From assembly GCA_965116925.1 (NCBI GenBank), contig OZ220744.1:4640001-4704000 (forward strand): a DNA stretch of 64,000 nt, read 5' to 3'. Each line of letters begins with the position of its first letter. Positions within the stretch are counted from its first letter, which is position 1. Positions 20,364 through 30,394 of the stretch are shown one piece after another. The notes beneath the pieces were generated by a model, which did not search any database, had not been told where the DNA came from, and was given only the letters and a program-made list of their open reading frames with translations. The DNA comes from Candidatus Poribacteria bacterium. Lineage in GTDB: Bacteria; Poribacteria; WGA-4E; PCPOR2b. A program made the translations under genes and the position numbers.

Positions 20364-21008
20364 ATGCGCTCGTGTGCTATTTTTGATCTGGATGGGACGA
20401 TCATCGACAACTCTTCTGAGCGGGTATTCCTCAAATATCTGCTTGAGGGCGGTGAGCTGCCGTTTCGTAACCTGTCCCAATGGCTCCTTGATTTTATACG
20501 GCTTCGAGATCTGCGTCAAGCCAAAGCAAACAAGGTGTATCTGAAAGGCTCAGATTATCAGCATATCCACAGCTTAGCACAGATCTGTTTTACGGAACGC
20601 TTGGTGGAACGAATCTCACCCAGAGTTTTTGACCTCATCGAATTTCATCGCACCGAAGGACGAGCTATTGTTATTTTATCGGGATCTCTGGAACTTTTGG
20701 TACGGTTTTTCCATGAACACCTGAAGACGGATCTTATGATCGGCTACGCTCTAGAGGTCATTGAAGAAGAAATCACAGGGCACTGTGTGGGTTTAAATCC
20801 TTACGGCGAGAATAAAGCCAAATTGGTTCAGCGACTTGCCGAAACACACAATTTTGACCTGAGCGAATCTTATGCCTACGGGAATCACCATTCGGACGCA
20901 CACAAACTCAAGCAGGTTGGACACCCGGTCGCTGTCAATCCCGATAGGAAACTACGCGAAATCGCCATCGCCAACGATTGGCAGGTTGAACAGTTTCATA
21001 CAGATTAA
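20364..21008 (+). CDS. HAD-IB family phosphatase (SerB-like)
   Basis: FDLDGT, LSGS, K, PVAVNPD; motif IV reads YGNHHSD. Confidence 0.88.
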   Translation: MRSCAIFDLDGTIIDNSSERVFLKYLLEGGELPFRNLSQWLLDFIRLRDLRQAKANKVYLKGSDYQHIHSLAQICFTERLVERISPRVFDLIEFHRTEGRAIVILSGSLELLVRFFHEHLKTDLMIGYALEVIEEEITGHCVGLNPYGENKAKLVQRLAETHNFDLSESYAYGNHHSDAHKLKQVGHPVAVNPDRKLREIAIANDWQVEQFHTD

Positions 21009-21038
21009 ATGGAACGTTACCTCCCCCACTGCGAGAAG

Positions 21039-22517
21039 TCAATAGAGAACATGGATTTCCACCCCTTGCACGATGACCTTGCCAGCAACGACTGAGACCC
21101 CGACGTGATTCCTGCCCTGTATAAGCAGATCGGGGTTTATCTCCTGACGCGAGGCGTGGACTTGCCCTTGTTGCAAAGCACTATCCGTATTATCGGGTGG
21201 GAGCCAAGGATCGGTCGGTTCAAGCTCTGACAACGGCTGCCGGTTGAGCGTAACCTCGATTTGACTTGTTTCTGTGAGATCGGTGTAAGTGAGGGAGAAC
21301 CATATCGCCCGAGGAGTAGGGGATTCGGTGAGATCTTCTTTCACCAGAACGGGGACATCCACCTGTTCTGCGCGCTCTAGGGTTTGTGGGAGCGTTGCGT
21401 GCAGCCAGTTATGTGGCAACATCGGTTTCTCTCCCAGGAGGCGGTCAGCGGCATAGAGTTTATTCTTACCCCGCATCGCTTGGGGCGCATCTATCTCTCG
21501 AAGCAGCTGTATCTGAGGGCCGAATTGTGAGTTTTTGTCGGGACGGTGCACGTAGGAGTGGGCGTTCCAGTTGAAGGTGTAGATGCCATCGGCACACTGA
21601 CCCCAGTAGTTAGATGCCAAAGCACGGAACATCGGTTCGGAATCCTCAAAGCCGAAAATGATGTTGTAGCCACTGGGCCAAGCGTACACGCAGGGATACA
21701 CCAATATTCCTGTATCGTCAGTCAGGCTCTTAAACGCCTCCACGTCACAGTCTATGTTGCCGCTGCCGAGGATGAGACAGTCCACCAACCTCTCCTCGAC
21801 CCAACTTGGAATATCGAATCCATCCAGCCGACACGCCTCCAAAGTGGGATTCACACGCACCGCTAATGGAATAGATCTACCCCTCTCTTCGCCCCGCTGA
21901 TTCAGATGCTCCCGCACTCGACTGAGAAACTGTGTGAGTAGATGGGCGTTTTTAGGAGCTTCGCTCGGAATGAAATAGGGAGGGCTGCGGAGGAAATCGA
22001 TCTCTAATCCATCAAAATCGTACTTTCGGAAAATTTCCTCAATGACGGCGAACTTCAGATCGCGCACTTCGGGCACCGCAAAATTGAGATTGCGGTGGAC
22101 AGAAGGGTGCACCTCCGGATGTCCCGCTCCGATCGCCCACTCCGGATGTTCCACTTTGAAAGTAGGGCGTAATCGCTCATGACCAAAGGAGTCGTGACAG
22201 TCATTGACACGAAGGGAGTAGAAAATATCTACACCCCGCTTCTTTGCTGCTGGGACGACAATCTTCGGCGGGTCGTTGCCCTCTTCAATAAGACGCAGCA
22301 GCGACGGATCTACTTCTCCAATCCGCTCCCCGGTCAACTCCAACACATCACTGTCGTAGTTGGCGGTGTTGCCGCCCGCTCCGTCGTGCCAGAAGAGACA
22401 GTCGATATGGCTGTCTTCAAGAAAACCGACGATACCCTTGAGGTAATCGTTGACATCCGTCGCAGCGGGCAGTACGCCGCTTGAGTCCATCTGATAGATA
22501 AGACGATAGGGCTTCAT
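21039..22517 (-). CDS. Glycoside hydrolase-like TIM-barrel protein (GHL10/DUF187-like)
   Basis: SLRVNDCH, LNFAVPEVR, YDFDGLEIDFLR, DGIYTFN. Confidence 0.7.
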   Translation of the reverse strand: MKPYRLIYQMDSSGVLPAATDVNDYLKGIVGFLEDSHIDCLFWHDGAGGNTANYDSDVLELTGERIGEVDPSLLRLIEEGNDPPKIVVPAAKKRGVDIFYSLRVNDCHDSFGHERLRPTFKVEHPEWAIGAGHPEVHPSVHRNLNFAVPEVRDLKFAVIEEIFRKYDFDGLEIDFLRSPPYFIPSEAPKNAHLLTQFLSRVREHLNQRGEERGRSIPLAVRVNPTLEACRLDGFDIPSWVEERLVDCLILGSGNIDCDVEAFKSLTDDTGILVYPCVYAWPSGYNIIFGFEDSEPMFRALASNYWGQCADGIYTFNWNAHSYVHRPDKNSQFGPQIQLLREIDAPQAMRGKNKLYAADRLLGEKPMLPHNWLHATLPQTLERAEQVDVPVLVKEDLTESPTPRAIWFSLTYTDLTETSQIEVTLNRQPLSELEPTDPWLPPDNTDSALQQGQVHASRQEINPDLLIQGRNHVGVSVVAGKVIVQGVEIHVLY

Positions 22518-22620
22518 GCCTCGTATTATAGCCCAATTCCTGAAAAATTGATAGAAAATTGTCGGGATATGGATCTCTGCCTACCGGTTCTGTTGATTCC
22601 TGATTGCCAGTAATAAAAAT

Positions 22621-23069
22621 TATAGTAGGTTTTAGATAGGACTTGCACACTTCAGTTTTAAGAGTAGAGACGGACGCAGATCTCGCAGATGAAGGTCGCA
22701 TGAGCGAGGTTAAAAAGGTTACGTTTCGCCTGCGAAAATCAAATTTTCCCATTTTTCCCGCGCAAATGGGAAAATTGTCCCTATTTCAGGGTGAAACGTT
22801 TTGTCATAGACCTTCAGCCGTATTATAAACAGTTACAAACAATTACATATTATGGTCGGGATCCTTGATGGTGCCCCTGTTGTAGTTGCCCGTTTCTTAA
22901 CGGGCGTTGGAAGTTGTGTCCAACGGTGATGAATCGCCGAACTACAGGACTTTGAGCGTTCAACTGCATAAGTCCTATTAGAATTAATGGGACACGCCAA
23001 GCTGGTGCGGTTACAAACCGCACCTACCGGGGGGGCGCAAGTGTTTCTTTATTTTTAGAATTCACTATA
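22621..23069. mobile_element. MITE family B copy interrupted by a family A element
   Basis: Left end TATAGTAGGTTTTAGA resumes as TTAGAATTAATGGGACAC after 22977. Confidence 0.65.
22637..22977. mobile_element. MITE family A (YAGGACTTACGCA...TGCGTAAGTCCTR)
   Basis: Terminal inverted repeats; flanking TTAGA duplication. Confidence 0.75.
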
Positions 23070-23119
23070 GTTCGGGGAGATAGCTGAGGATGGAACGCCG
23101 CGCGGTATGTATGCGCGTT

Positions 23120-24181
23120 TTAGGAGAAGCGAAAGTGTGGGATCTGAGTTGTATTGTGCTGCCTGCGATAGGGATAATGGCTCTCGCCAAGATTCCTTCC
23201 TTCGATGATCTGACTGCCTTTGGGTTCAAAGCGGAAGCCCAACCGTGAGAGTCCCAAATCAGAGAGGGTCCCTGTTACCGCCCCCTGTTTCTCTGTGGGG
23301 ACATAAAACAGAAAGTATCCCCCGCCACCCGCTCCCAGAATCTTGCCACCCAGTGCACCCGCAGCGATAGCACTCTCATAGATAGTATCCAGCACTGAGT
23401 TTGAAATACTATCACAGAGAGAGCGTTTCAACGCCCAAGTGCGATGTAACAAATATCCAACCTCATCAAGGCAACCCCCATGGTGGTCTCCCTTTACGAG
23501 GACATCGTAAAACGTGGACACGAGCTCTTTCATATGCAGAAGCGTCTGGGGACTCGCAGCACGTTTCTGTTCGTGCAAGATGGCTTCAGCGCGTCGCTGA
23601 ATTCCCGTATAGAATAGGGTGAAATTCTCTTCCAAATGCGCTACCGTTTCGGGAGTTACTGGAATTTCTTGTGTGTGGACACTCTCATCTCTGTTAAACC
23701 GAATCCGCCGCAACCCACCGTAGGCGGCGATATACTGATCCTGTTTTCCGATAGGCTGGTTCAAGCATTCTATCTCAATCTCACACGCTTGATGCGCGAG
23801 AATCTCCACTGGCACTTCGATCCCTTGATAAGCGTAGAGGGCGTTGAGCAGTCCGACGGTTAATGCACTTGAGGACCCCAACCCACAGCCACGAGAGGGA
23901 ATATCGGAGGTAACTGTGATCGACACACCGCCGGCCATACCTGCTTTCCGCATCGCCTCTCGAATCAGATGGTGTTGAATATGATCCGGGGCCGAAACTG
24001 TTTCATGGTGGTCTGGGGTATCGATAGCAATCTGATAATTCTGTTCCCTTGTTATATGGACAGAGATATATTTATCAATAGCGGTGCTGATGACCTCACC
24101 CCCATGTTCTCGATAAAAGTTGGAGATGTCGGTTCCGCCCCCAACAAAACTGATTCTTATCGGTGTGCGTGAAATAATCAT
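23120..24181 (-). CDS. GHMP sugar kinase, HddA (heptose-7-phosphate kinase)-like
   Basis: RTPIRISFVGGGTD, GLGSSS, IGKQDQY, GAGGGG. Confidence 0.85.
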   Translation of the reverse strand: MIISRTPIRISFVGGGTDISNFYREHGGEVISTAIDKYISVHITREQNYQIAIDTPDHHETVSAPDHIQHHLIREAMRKAGMAGGVSITVTSDIPSRGCGLGSSSALTVGLLNALYAYQGIEVPVEILAHQACEIEIECLNQPIGKQDQYIAAYGGLRRIRFNRDESVHTQEIPVTPETVAHLEENFTLFYTGIQRRAEAILHEQKRAASPQTLLHMKELVSTFYDVLVKGDHHGGCLDEVGYLLHRTWALKRSLCDSISNSVLDTIYESAIAAGALGGKILGAGGGGYFLFYVPTEKQGAVTGTLSDLGLSRLGFRFEPKGSQIIEGRNLGESHYPYRRQHNTTQIPHFRFS

Positions 24182-24371
24182 GAGTTCCTCCCATATTAAT
24201 TTTGGAAAGGCCGAGATGACTTGTCAGCGGGAAAATTGGCTAGGAGCTAGCAATCATTAGCCTCTACTTTATTAAATTTATAGTAACACCCACGAACAAT
24301 AGCTCGGAGTGAATTTTGATAGGGACCGTAGATGTTGGCGCAACGTAAGACAGTGTAGATGCGTAAGATCC

Positions 24372-25418
24372 TTAGCTCGCGTCCAATTCAATAATACACC
24401 GTCCAGTCTGTTCCCCGTTCCGCATCTTTTCTACCACTGTATTGATGTCGTCGAGTGAGGCGGAATCGGTTATCAATTCTTTAAGCTTGAGCTTTCCGGC
24501 GTTTGCCAGTTTGATGTAGCGCGGGATTTGGTCGTGAGGACGACTCTCGGTAATCACCTGAAACCCCATCACGGTTCGCCCGAAGTGCAATGGCTCCGGA
24601 TTCAATGATACATTGTAGCCCGCTTTCGGACCGGAAATAAGCATTGTCACACCGTCGGTGCGTGTAAGTTTATATGCCATTTCAAGCATCTCAACATTCC
24701 CCGTGCTGTCGATGACGATATCGGCTAAGGCGTCTCCAACGATACGAGGAATCTCACGACTTAGGTCACACCGCTTGGCATTGATGCAGTGGGTGGCACC
24801 CAATTGACGGGCAAAGTGAAGTTTTTGATCGGACAGATCGACCGCAACAATGGGTTGGGCAGAAACCAGCGCAGCACCCTGAATCAGATTCAGTCCAACT
24901 CCCCCGGCACCGAGGATTACCACCGAATTTCCCGGCTCAATTCCGGCTTTGCTGATAGCACCGAGTCCGGTGAGCGTTGCACATCCAAACAGCGGTGCGA
25001 GACTCAGATCGAAGTCCGCGGGGATAGAGGTCAGCCGATTCTCTGAGACAACCGCGTATTGGTTAAAGGTGGTCACCCAGCCGGCGTTAAGGGATTTCCC
25101 CTGCCACCGATAGTTAGGCGTTTCCGATTCAATTCCCTTCCCGATCCCACAATGCAACACCACATAATCGCCTTCTGTCACCGTTCTCACACCGGATCCC
25201 ACTGCCTCAACCGTTCCTGATCCCTCATGTCCGAGTAGATGTGGTAGGTATGGGTCTTTTCCCCGTTTCCCATCGATCATAGCAATCTGTGAGCCACAGA
25301 CACTAGTGTAGTGGACTTTGACAAGGACTTGGCCCGGTAAGAGATCTCTCGGCAGTTGAACCGAGTCTATGACCAATGGCTCTCCTTGTGCCGCGAGAAT
25401 TGCAGCTTTCATCTCCAT
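24372..25418 (-). CDS. Zinc-binding medium-chain alcohol dehydrogenase
   Basis: VCGS, GHEGSG, GAGGVG; lacks the structural-Zn Cys loop. Confidence 0.87.
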   Translation of the reverse strand: MEMKAAILAAQGEPLVIDSVQLPRDLLPGQVLVKVHYTSVCGSQIAMIDGKRGKDPYLPHLLGHEGSGTVEAVGSGVRTVTEGDYVVLHCGIGKGIESETPNYRWQGKSLNAGWVTTFNQYAVVSENRLTSIPADFDLSLAPLFGCATLTGLGAISKAGIEPGNSVVILGAGGVGLNLIQGAALVSAQPIVAVDLSDQKLHFARQLGATHCINAKRCDLSREIPRIVGDALADIVIDSTGNVEMLEMAYKLTRTDGVTMLISGPKAGYNVSLNPEPLHFGRTVMGFQVITESRPHDQIPRYIKLANAGKLKLKELITDSASLDDINTVVEKMRNGEQTGRCIIELDAS

Positions 25419-25452
25419 ATCGTTAAACCTCCTGATTGATTGGGGTGGATAT

Positions 25453-26313
25453 TTATTTTATTCCTATCCTCCAGACACTTTGACTTTGAATCGCTAACCT
25501 ATAGGGTTGCGGTTTCACAATCTCACGAATTTGCGAACAATCAAGCGTATTGCCCTTTTGCGGTCGGTGGGTGTAATACCACCAGAATCGGACATAGAGT
25601 AGCATCCAAAAAATGCGGAAAACTCGAAAAGGGTTTCGATACTTTGTTTCGCCGTGAATTCGAGGATGGTGAGTGACGACTATTTCTCCGACTTTGTAAC
25701 CCCGCAAATAGAGCATCGAAGTGAGGCAACCGTGCATCTTTGACCGTAACGGTAACAATGATTTGATCGCCGCTGATCGGAATATCTTGAGTGAGCAACT
25801 CGTGTCGTGGACCGGGTCCCCGAAGATCAGATAGCGGATGAGGTTGAACGCTCTCGAAACGAACCGTTTGGTCGCAGAGTCTTGGCGGTATTTGCGCCAG
25901 CCACAGATAGCATCATATTTCCCGTCGATTGCTTCGAGCAATGTCGGAATATCTCGGGGATCGTTTTGTAAGTCACCGTCCATGCTGATGATATAGTCCC
26001 CTGTGGCGTAGGAGAACCCGGCAGAAAAAGCGGGTGTTTGACCTAGGTTTCTTTTTAATCGGATAATCGTTAAGTTGCAGATCTTTGTCTGAGCACATCG
26101 TAGGATTTTGTACGTGTCGTCAATGCTTCCGTCATCAACAAAGATGATTTCGTAATCGTAGGCTTGGGCATCAAGTACCGTATGCAGCCCTTTGACAAGT
26201 GGCATGATGTTGTCTTGTTCGTTACATACAGGTATTACAACCGAAATCTTTTTCTTGCATTTCGCTGAAATGGGGTTGAAATTGATAGCTGCCAATAGCT
26301 TACTCCTTATCAA
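25453..26313 (-). CDS. GT2 polyprenol-phosphate glycosyltransferase (ArnC/GtrB-like)
   Basis: VVIPVCNE, VDDGSID, DGDLQNDP, HHPRIHGETKY. Confidence 0.88.
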   Translation of the reverse strand: MIRSKLLAAINFNPISAKCKKKISVVIPVCNEQDNIMPLVKGLHTVLDAQAYDYEIIFVDDGSIDDTYKILRCAQTKICNLTIIRLKRNLGQTPAFSAGFSYATGDYIISMDGDLQNDPRDIPTLLEAIDGKYDAICGWRKYRQDSATKRFVSRAFNLIRYLIFGDPVHDTSCSLKIFRSAAIKSLLPLRSKMHGCLTSMLYLRGYKVGEIVVTHHPRIHGETKYRNPFRVFRIFWMLLYVRFWWYYTHRPQKGNTLDCSQIREIVKPQPYRLAIQSQSVWRIGIK

Positions 26314-26327
26314 GTGAATGACAATGC

Positions 26328-27392
26328 CTAGGAGGCGGGCACCCGTTTCTGGGTCTGGTTACAAGCGGACCTCAGACGCACGCTGACTTGGGGTGTCAAT
26401 AGCACGAAACCCAATAATCCCAACAGAGCGGTCATAAGCACCTGACAACAATGTATGAACAGGCCAACTGAGAGTGCCGCCCCTATCTCCATATCGGTAA
26501 ACATGACCAAGCTACCCGCCCAACTCCCCTCTATGACCCCAAAACCGCTCAATGAAAACGGAAACCATGCAGCAATCATAACAATTGAAATAACAATCAA
26601 CAACACATTTAGCCTTTGATTGACATTTAGCGTTGATAAAAGAAAAAGATGACAACTCACGTTAATCCCATAAGTACAGAGAGAAAATGTGAGGGCTTTC
26701 AACAACAAACGCAGACGGCGAAACCGGTCAAGTTGAAGCGAGACTACTCCCAATTTATGACCGATGGAGTCTAGTAAAGCGGTGTGACGCCACGGATATA
26801 TTCGGACAATGCAGGTCCATATTGGTTCTATACCTCTGGGGAGCACACTGAAAAGAACGCGATTCACTATAATCAAGACCCCAGCGAGGCCTAAAATAGT
26901 CAACACATAACCTCTAGATTCGTGTCCCAACGTCAATAGACCAAAGGTGCCACCCAAGATAACAAATTGCAGGTCAAATAAACGTGCCTCAAACAGACTG
27001 CGAACTCCTTCGCTCACGGGGATTTTCAAGTGTCGGCGCAGCAGGGCAATATAGGAGAGCTCACCGACCATCAGTGGAAGCGTGCGCACAAAAAAGTTGT
27101 GACACAAAGTTATTGGGAAAAGGACCCCCAATGGCAGATCCTCCCGGTCCAAAAGCATACGGAAACGCAAAGCGCGGCAGATATTTAACAGAAAGAATAA
27201 GGCAAACAGTATAAAGAAAAATCGAAGGGGTACGTTTCTGGCAAGGCGGATGAAATGGGGGTAGTCAACCTGTCGCACCAGATAGATGACCAAGATCAGT
27301 GAAACCCCAAGCCCCAACAATGGTGAAAGGAGATGATTTAACCGATGTTTTTGAAACAGTGATTGAAACTGCATTGTGTGCATAGTCCTCAA
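26328..27392 (-). CDS. Flippase-like integral membrane protein (lysylphosphatidylglycerol synthase TM / UPF0104)
   Basis: Multi-TM; RALRFRMLL, LP..GE, RLFD, SGFGVIE. Confidence 0.8.
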   Translation of the reverse strand: MRTMHTMQFQSLFQKHRLNHLLSPLLGLGVSLILVIYLVRQVDYPHFIRLARNVPLRFFFILFALFFLLNICRALRFRMLLDREDLPLGVLFPITLCHNFFVRTLPLMVGELSYIALLRRHLKIPVSEGVRSLFEARLFDLQFVILGGTFGLLTLGHESRGYVLTILGLAGVLIIVNRVLFSVLPRGIEPIWTCIVRIYPWRHTALLDSIGHKLGVVSLQLDRFRRLRLLLKALTFSLCTYGINVSCHLFLLSTLNVNQRLNVLLIVISIVMIAAWFPFSLSGFGVIEGSWAGSLVMFTDMEIGAALSVGLFIHCCQVLMTALLGLLGFVLLTPQVSVRLRSACNQTQKRVPAS

Positions 27393-27425
27393 TATCGTAT
27401 GAAACTGTTCCGAATCGTTGTCAAT

Positions 27426-27533
27426 TATAGTAGATTTTAGAATTAATGAGACACTCCAAATCGGCGCAGTTGGAAACAGCGCATACCAAACATGGAGAGC
27501 GAAAGTGTCTGTTTATTTTTTAAACTCACTATA
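27426..27533. mobile_element. MITE family B, short copy
   Basis: TATAGTAGATTTTAGAATTAATGAGACAC...CTCACTATA. Confidence 0.7.
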
Positions 27534-27593
27534 ACAATCATTTTGTAGATTCATGTTTAGCCAATACCGTATTGAGATCTTGAATCTCTGCAC

Positions 27594-28967
27594 CTATGAA
27601 ATTCCCAACTTTTCCATCTTGAAACGGAGGGTGGAATAGGGGATACCGAGTTTTTTTGCGGTCTGACGGCGATTCCATCGGTTTTCTTCAAGTACCTGCA
27701 AGATCCACTCGGACTCGTTCTTGCCCGCTAATTGGTCAGATTGTGATAGCAGCTTTGCCGATACACCTTTTTGTATGTTGACATGTTCCGCCCCAATCAG
27801 CGAAACCTCCGGCGGACAAAGAGTAGCAGAGCACTCAACAATATTCCGCAACTCACGTACATTCCCAGGGTATTGATAATCCAGAAGGGACGATTGTGCT
27901 GCCTCTGAAAACCCTTCAAAGATACGTCCATTTCTAGCGGTGTACGTCCCCAGAAAATGGTCAGCCAACGGTAGAATATCTTCGGGACGTTCCCGAAGCG
28001 GTTGCAGGTGAATAGAAAAAACGTTGAGGCGATAGTATAGATCGTCGCGGAATTGTCCAGATTCGACAATGTGTGCGGGATCCTTGTTGACCGCACTAAT
28101 AACACGTTCTTGGACGGAAATCTCCTGAGTGCCACCAACAGGTATCAGTGTCCGGGTATCAAGAATCCGTAGTAGCTTCGCTTGTGTGTGGAGTGGGAGG
28201 TCCGCAATTTCATCCAGAAAAAGTGTGCCACTGTTTGCCATCTCAAAGTAACCGGGTCTATTCCTCGTAGCATTAGTGAACGCTCCTTTGACGTGACCAA
28301 AGAGTTCACTTTCGATCAGTGTCTCTGGCAACGCTGAACAATTAACAGCAATAAACGGACACTCTTCCAAAGAGGATTGACGATGAATTTCCCGTGCCAC
28401 CACCTCTTTTCCTGTGCCAGTTTCGCCCGTGAGGAAAATCGTATCAACATTTGCTTCAACCGCTTGCCGGATGCGTTCTCGCACCTGTTGTGTGGCTGAA
28501 CTATTTCCCACAAAGCATTGATTTTTTATTTGAAAGTTCTTACGTGCCTGTACTCCCTTGGGAGTCTCGCGTGGGTTGCAGTGGCTCCGATGTGATCTGC
28601 CCAATCGTCTCCCATTCTCATGTCCCGCATTGATATTGGGAAACTGAATTGATTGGGGTAAAACGTCCCTCGCCTCCAGCCGGAAGGCTTCAATTACCTT
28701 CCTCACGGTATCATTTCCAGAGATGAGCACAACCGGCGTTTCTTGCCCGTTGTGCTGAACTTTTGCCAAGAATTCAGTGTCGTTGATGCCGGGCATACAG
28801 AGATCAACGAGAACCAAGTCATAATGCTGCGCGTTAACCTTCTTTAGGGCAGTATGCCCATCGCGAACAACTTCAACTTGATGCCCTAAATTGCACAAAT
28901 AGTCTTTCAAGGTCCCACAGATGATTCTTTCATCGCCAGTCAACAGAATGTACAATGAATTTTCCAT
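27594..28967 (-). CDS. NtrC-type sigma54-dependent activator (REC-AAA+-Fis HTH), atypical
   Basis: GETGTGKE, ESELFGH, GAFTNA, LFLDEI, FRDDLYYRL, PGNVREL, C-terminal HTH. Confidence 0.92.
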   Translation of the reverse strand: MENSLYILLTGDERIICGTLKDYLCNLGHQVEVVRDGHTALKKVNAQHYDLVLVDLCMPGINDTEFLAKVQHNGQETPVVLISGNDTVRKVIEAFRLEARDVLPQSIQFPNINAGHENGRRLGRSHRSHCNPRETPKGVQARKNFQIKNQCFVGNSSATQQVRERIRQAVEANVDTIFLTGETGTGKEVVAREIHRQSSLEECPFIAVNCSALPETLIESELFGHVKGAFTNATRNRPGYFEMANSGTLFLDEIADLPLHTQAKLLRILDTRTLIPVGGTQEISVQERVISAVNKDPAHIVESGQFRDDLYYRLNVFSIHLQPLRERPEDILPLADHFLGTYTARNGRIFEGFSEAAQSSLLDYQYPGNVRELRNIVECSATLCPPEVSLIGAEHVNIQKGVSAKLLSQSDQLAGKNESEWILQVLEENRWNRRQTAKKLGIPYSTLRFKMEKLGIS

Positions 28968-29023
28968 CTTTATCCCTTCCTTTTATGTACGGTCCCTTAT
29001 CGCTACGTTTATCTTTGAAAAGT

Positions 29024-29290
29024 TATAGTGGATCATAAAAACAGATAGACACTTTCGCTCCCCGTGTTTGGGAGGCGCTGTTTCTAGCTGTGCCGATCAG
29101 TGCGGTTAATGAAGATTAAAAAAATAATTCGGTAATTTGTTATGGACACCGGCGCGGTTGAAAACCGCGCCTACCGTGTGTTTCGAGGAAAATCGGGATT
29201 ACCGATTTAAATACTTAAATCTCATCAAACCGCACCTACCGTTCTCCTGTTTGGTAGGCACTGTTTCCAACTGCGCCTACCGGGGTCATA
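29024..29290. repeat. Family B / REP-like composite repeat
   Basis: Near-identical block to positions 48-170; GGTGCGGTT..AACCGCACCTAC-type hairpins; right boundary approximate. Confidence 0.6.
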
Positions 29291-29366
29291 GCCTAGATTG
29301 TCACGCTCCATTTCCTAGCGAGTCCGAAATCAACGGTTGAATGGACTCACTTGGAAATTTCTGGAG

Positions 29367-29660
29367 TTACCTTTTTTTCTTGGATGAGCCACTTTTCGGG
29401 GGACGCAGCCTGACTTCCTTATCCTCGAAGAACTGTTCCAATGCACGGTTAATCACCTCCGAGATCTGCTGCTGTTCCCAGTAGGCGTATCCCCGCAGTT
29501 TGGCGATTAAGTCCACATGAATGCGATATGTCTGGCGCTTGGTTCCGATGGTCCCCGTGTAGTCGCTTGAGAATAGCTCACTTCTCCCGTTCAAAGGCGG
29601 TGAGTTGTTCTTTGCCTTGCTGGAACGCGCTTTCTGATTCATATTCATTGTCTTTGTCAT
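29367..29660 (-). CDS. Small ribbon-helix-helix (CopG-like) DNA-binding protein
   Basis: KRQTYRI strand plus two helices (LIAKLRGYAYW, ISEVINRALEQFF); GGAGG RBS. Confidence 0.65.
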   Translation of the reverse strand: MTKTMNMNQKARSSKAKNNSPPLNGRSELFSSDYTGTIGTKRQTYRIHVDLIAKLRGYAYWEQQQISEVINRALEQFFEDKEVRLRPPKSGSSKKKR

Positions 29661-29724
29661 AATAAACCTCCAAATGGAGATGGAATTGGTTCAAAAACCT
29701 GATCACTCCTAAGTTGCAACAGTA

Positions 29725-29794
29725 AGGATAACAACCTATAAAACAAAAAGTCCAGTCGTCTTTAGGGCATCTGGACGTAACATGTCCAGACGCC
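29725..29794. promoter_or_regulatory. Conserved promoter/operator module copy A
   Basis: Minus-strand TGnTATCCT; CCAG 21 nt away; palindrome TCTGGAC-N7-GTCCAGA. Confidence 0.7.
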
Positions 29795-29840
29795 TTCAAA
29801 AACGGGTTGTTCATATAGAATAAAAGAGTAAGGCACTAAG

Positions 29841-29874
29841 AGAAACCGAGTTTTCAAGAAAAAACTCGGTTTCT
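29841..29874. repeat. Palindromic repeat copy 3
   Basis: Reverse orientation of 4742-4775. Confidence 0.85.
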
Positions 29875-29910
29875 GCTACACAAGACCTACTACTGCCGAT
29901 TGCCATGAGA

Positions 29911-29980
29911 AGAATACCAACTTACAACACAAAAACTCCAGCCATTTTTAGGGAGTGTAGACATAATATGTCTACACTCC
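29911..29980. promoter_or_regulatory. Promoter/operator module copy B with perfect 29-bp palindrome
   Basis: GGAGTGTAGACATA-A-TATGTCTACACTCC (29952-29980); minus-strand TGnTATTCT at the same spacing as copy A. Confidence 0.75.
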
Positions 29981-30150
29981 TTCAAAAACAGTTGCACATT
30001 GAACCCACGGGCGTTTACACTATAAATTGCGTCAGATAAGCTTATTGTGTTCGTTACTATTCCATTTTAGATGTTCCATTTGCAAGCTTAGGATGCTGGA
30101 GACCTGTTTTACAATTTCCCATAACATAGCTTGCGACAAGGAGGAAAACA

Positions 30151-30324
30151 ATGATACTCCAAACGATTGATACCGCAGAACCCAACTTTCCCATCAATAT
30201 CTTTACAGCCGAAGAGGATACCCCAGAAACCGGCGAGTCCGATTGGCTTCCCCTCATGTGTTGTAGTTACTCGAGTGCTCCTTTTTGGATCGACTCCATC
30301 TGGGAAACCGACGTTGATGAGTAA
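30151..30324 (+). CDS. Putative RiPP precursor peptide, 57 aa (not in ORF track)
   Basis: AAGGAGG RBS; MILQTIDTAEPNFPINIFTAEEDTPETGESDWLPLMCCSYSSAPFWIDSIWETDVDE; 70 nt upstream of co-oriented rSAM/SPASM. Confidence 0.75.
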   Translation: MILQTIDTAEPNFPINIFTAEEDTPETGESDWLPLMCCSYSSAPFWIDSIWETDVDE

Positions 30325-30394
30325 GCAGTAACGAGTGATGCGCTGCATATGAAAACCGTGGTGCATCACTCATTATTCAATTGGAGGCTTTCAA

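Noticed and set aside
30057..30369. Minus-strand ORFs 30057-30257 and 30109-30369
   Set aside because: Antisense to the RBS-supported peptide ORF; no motifs
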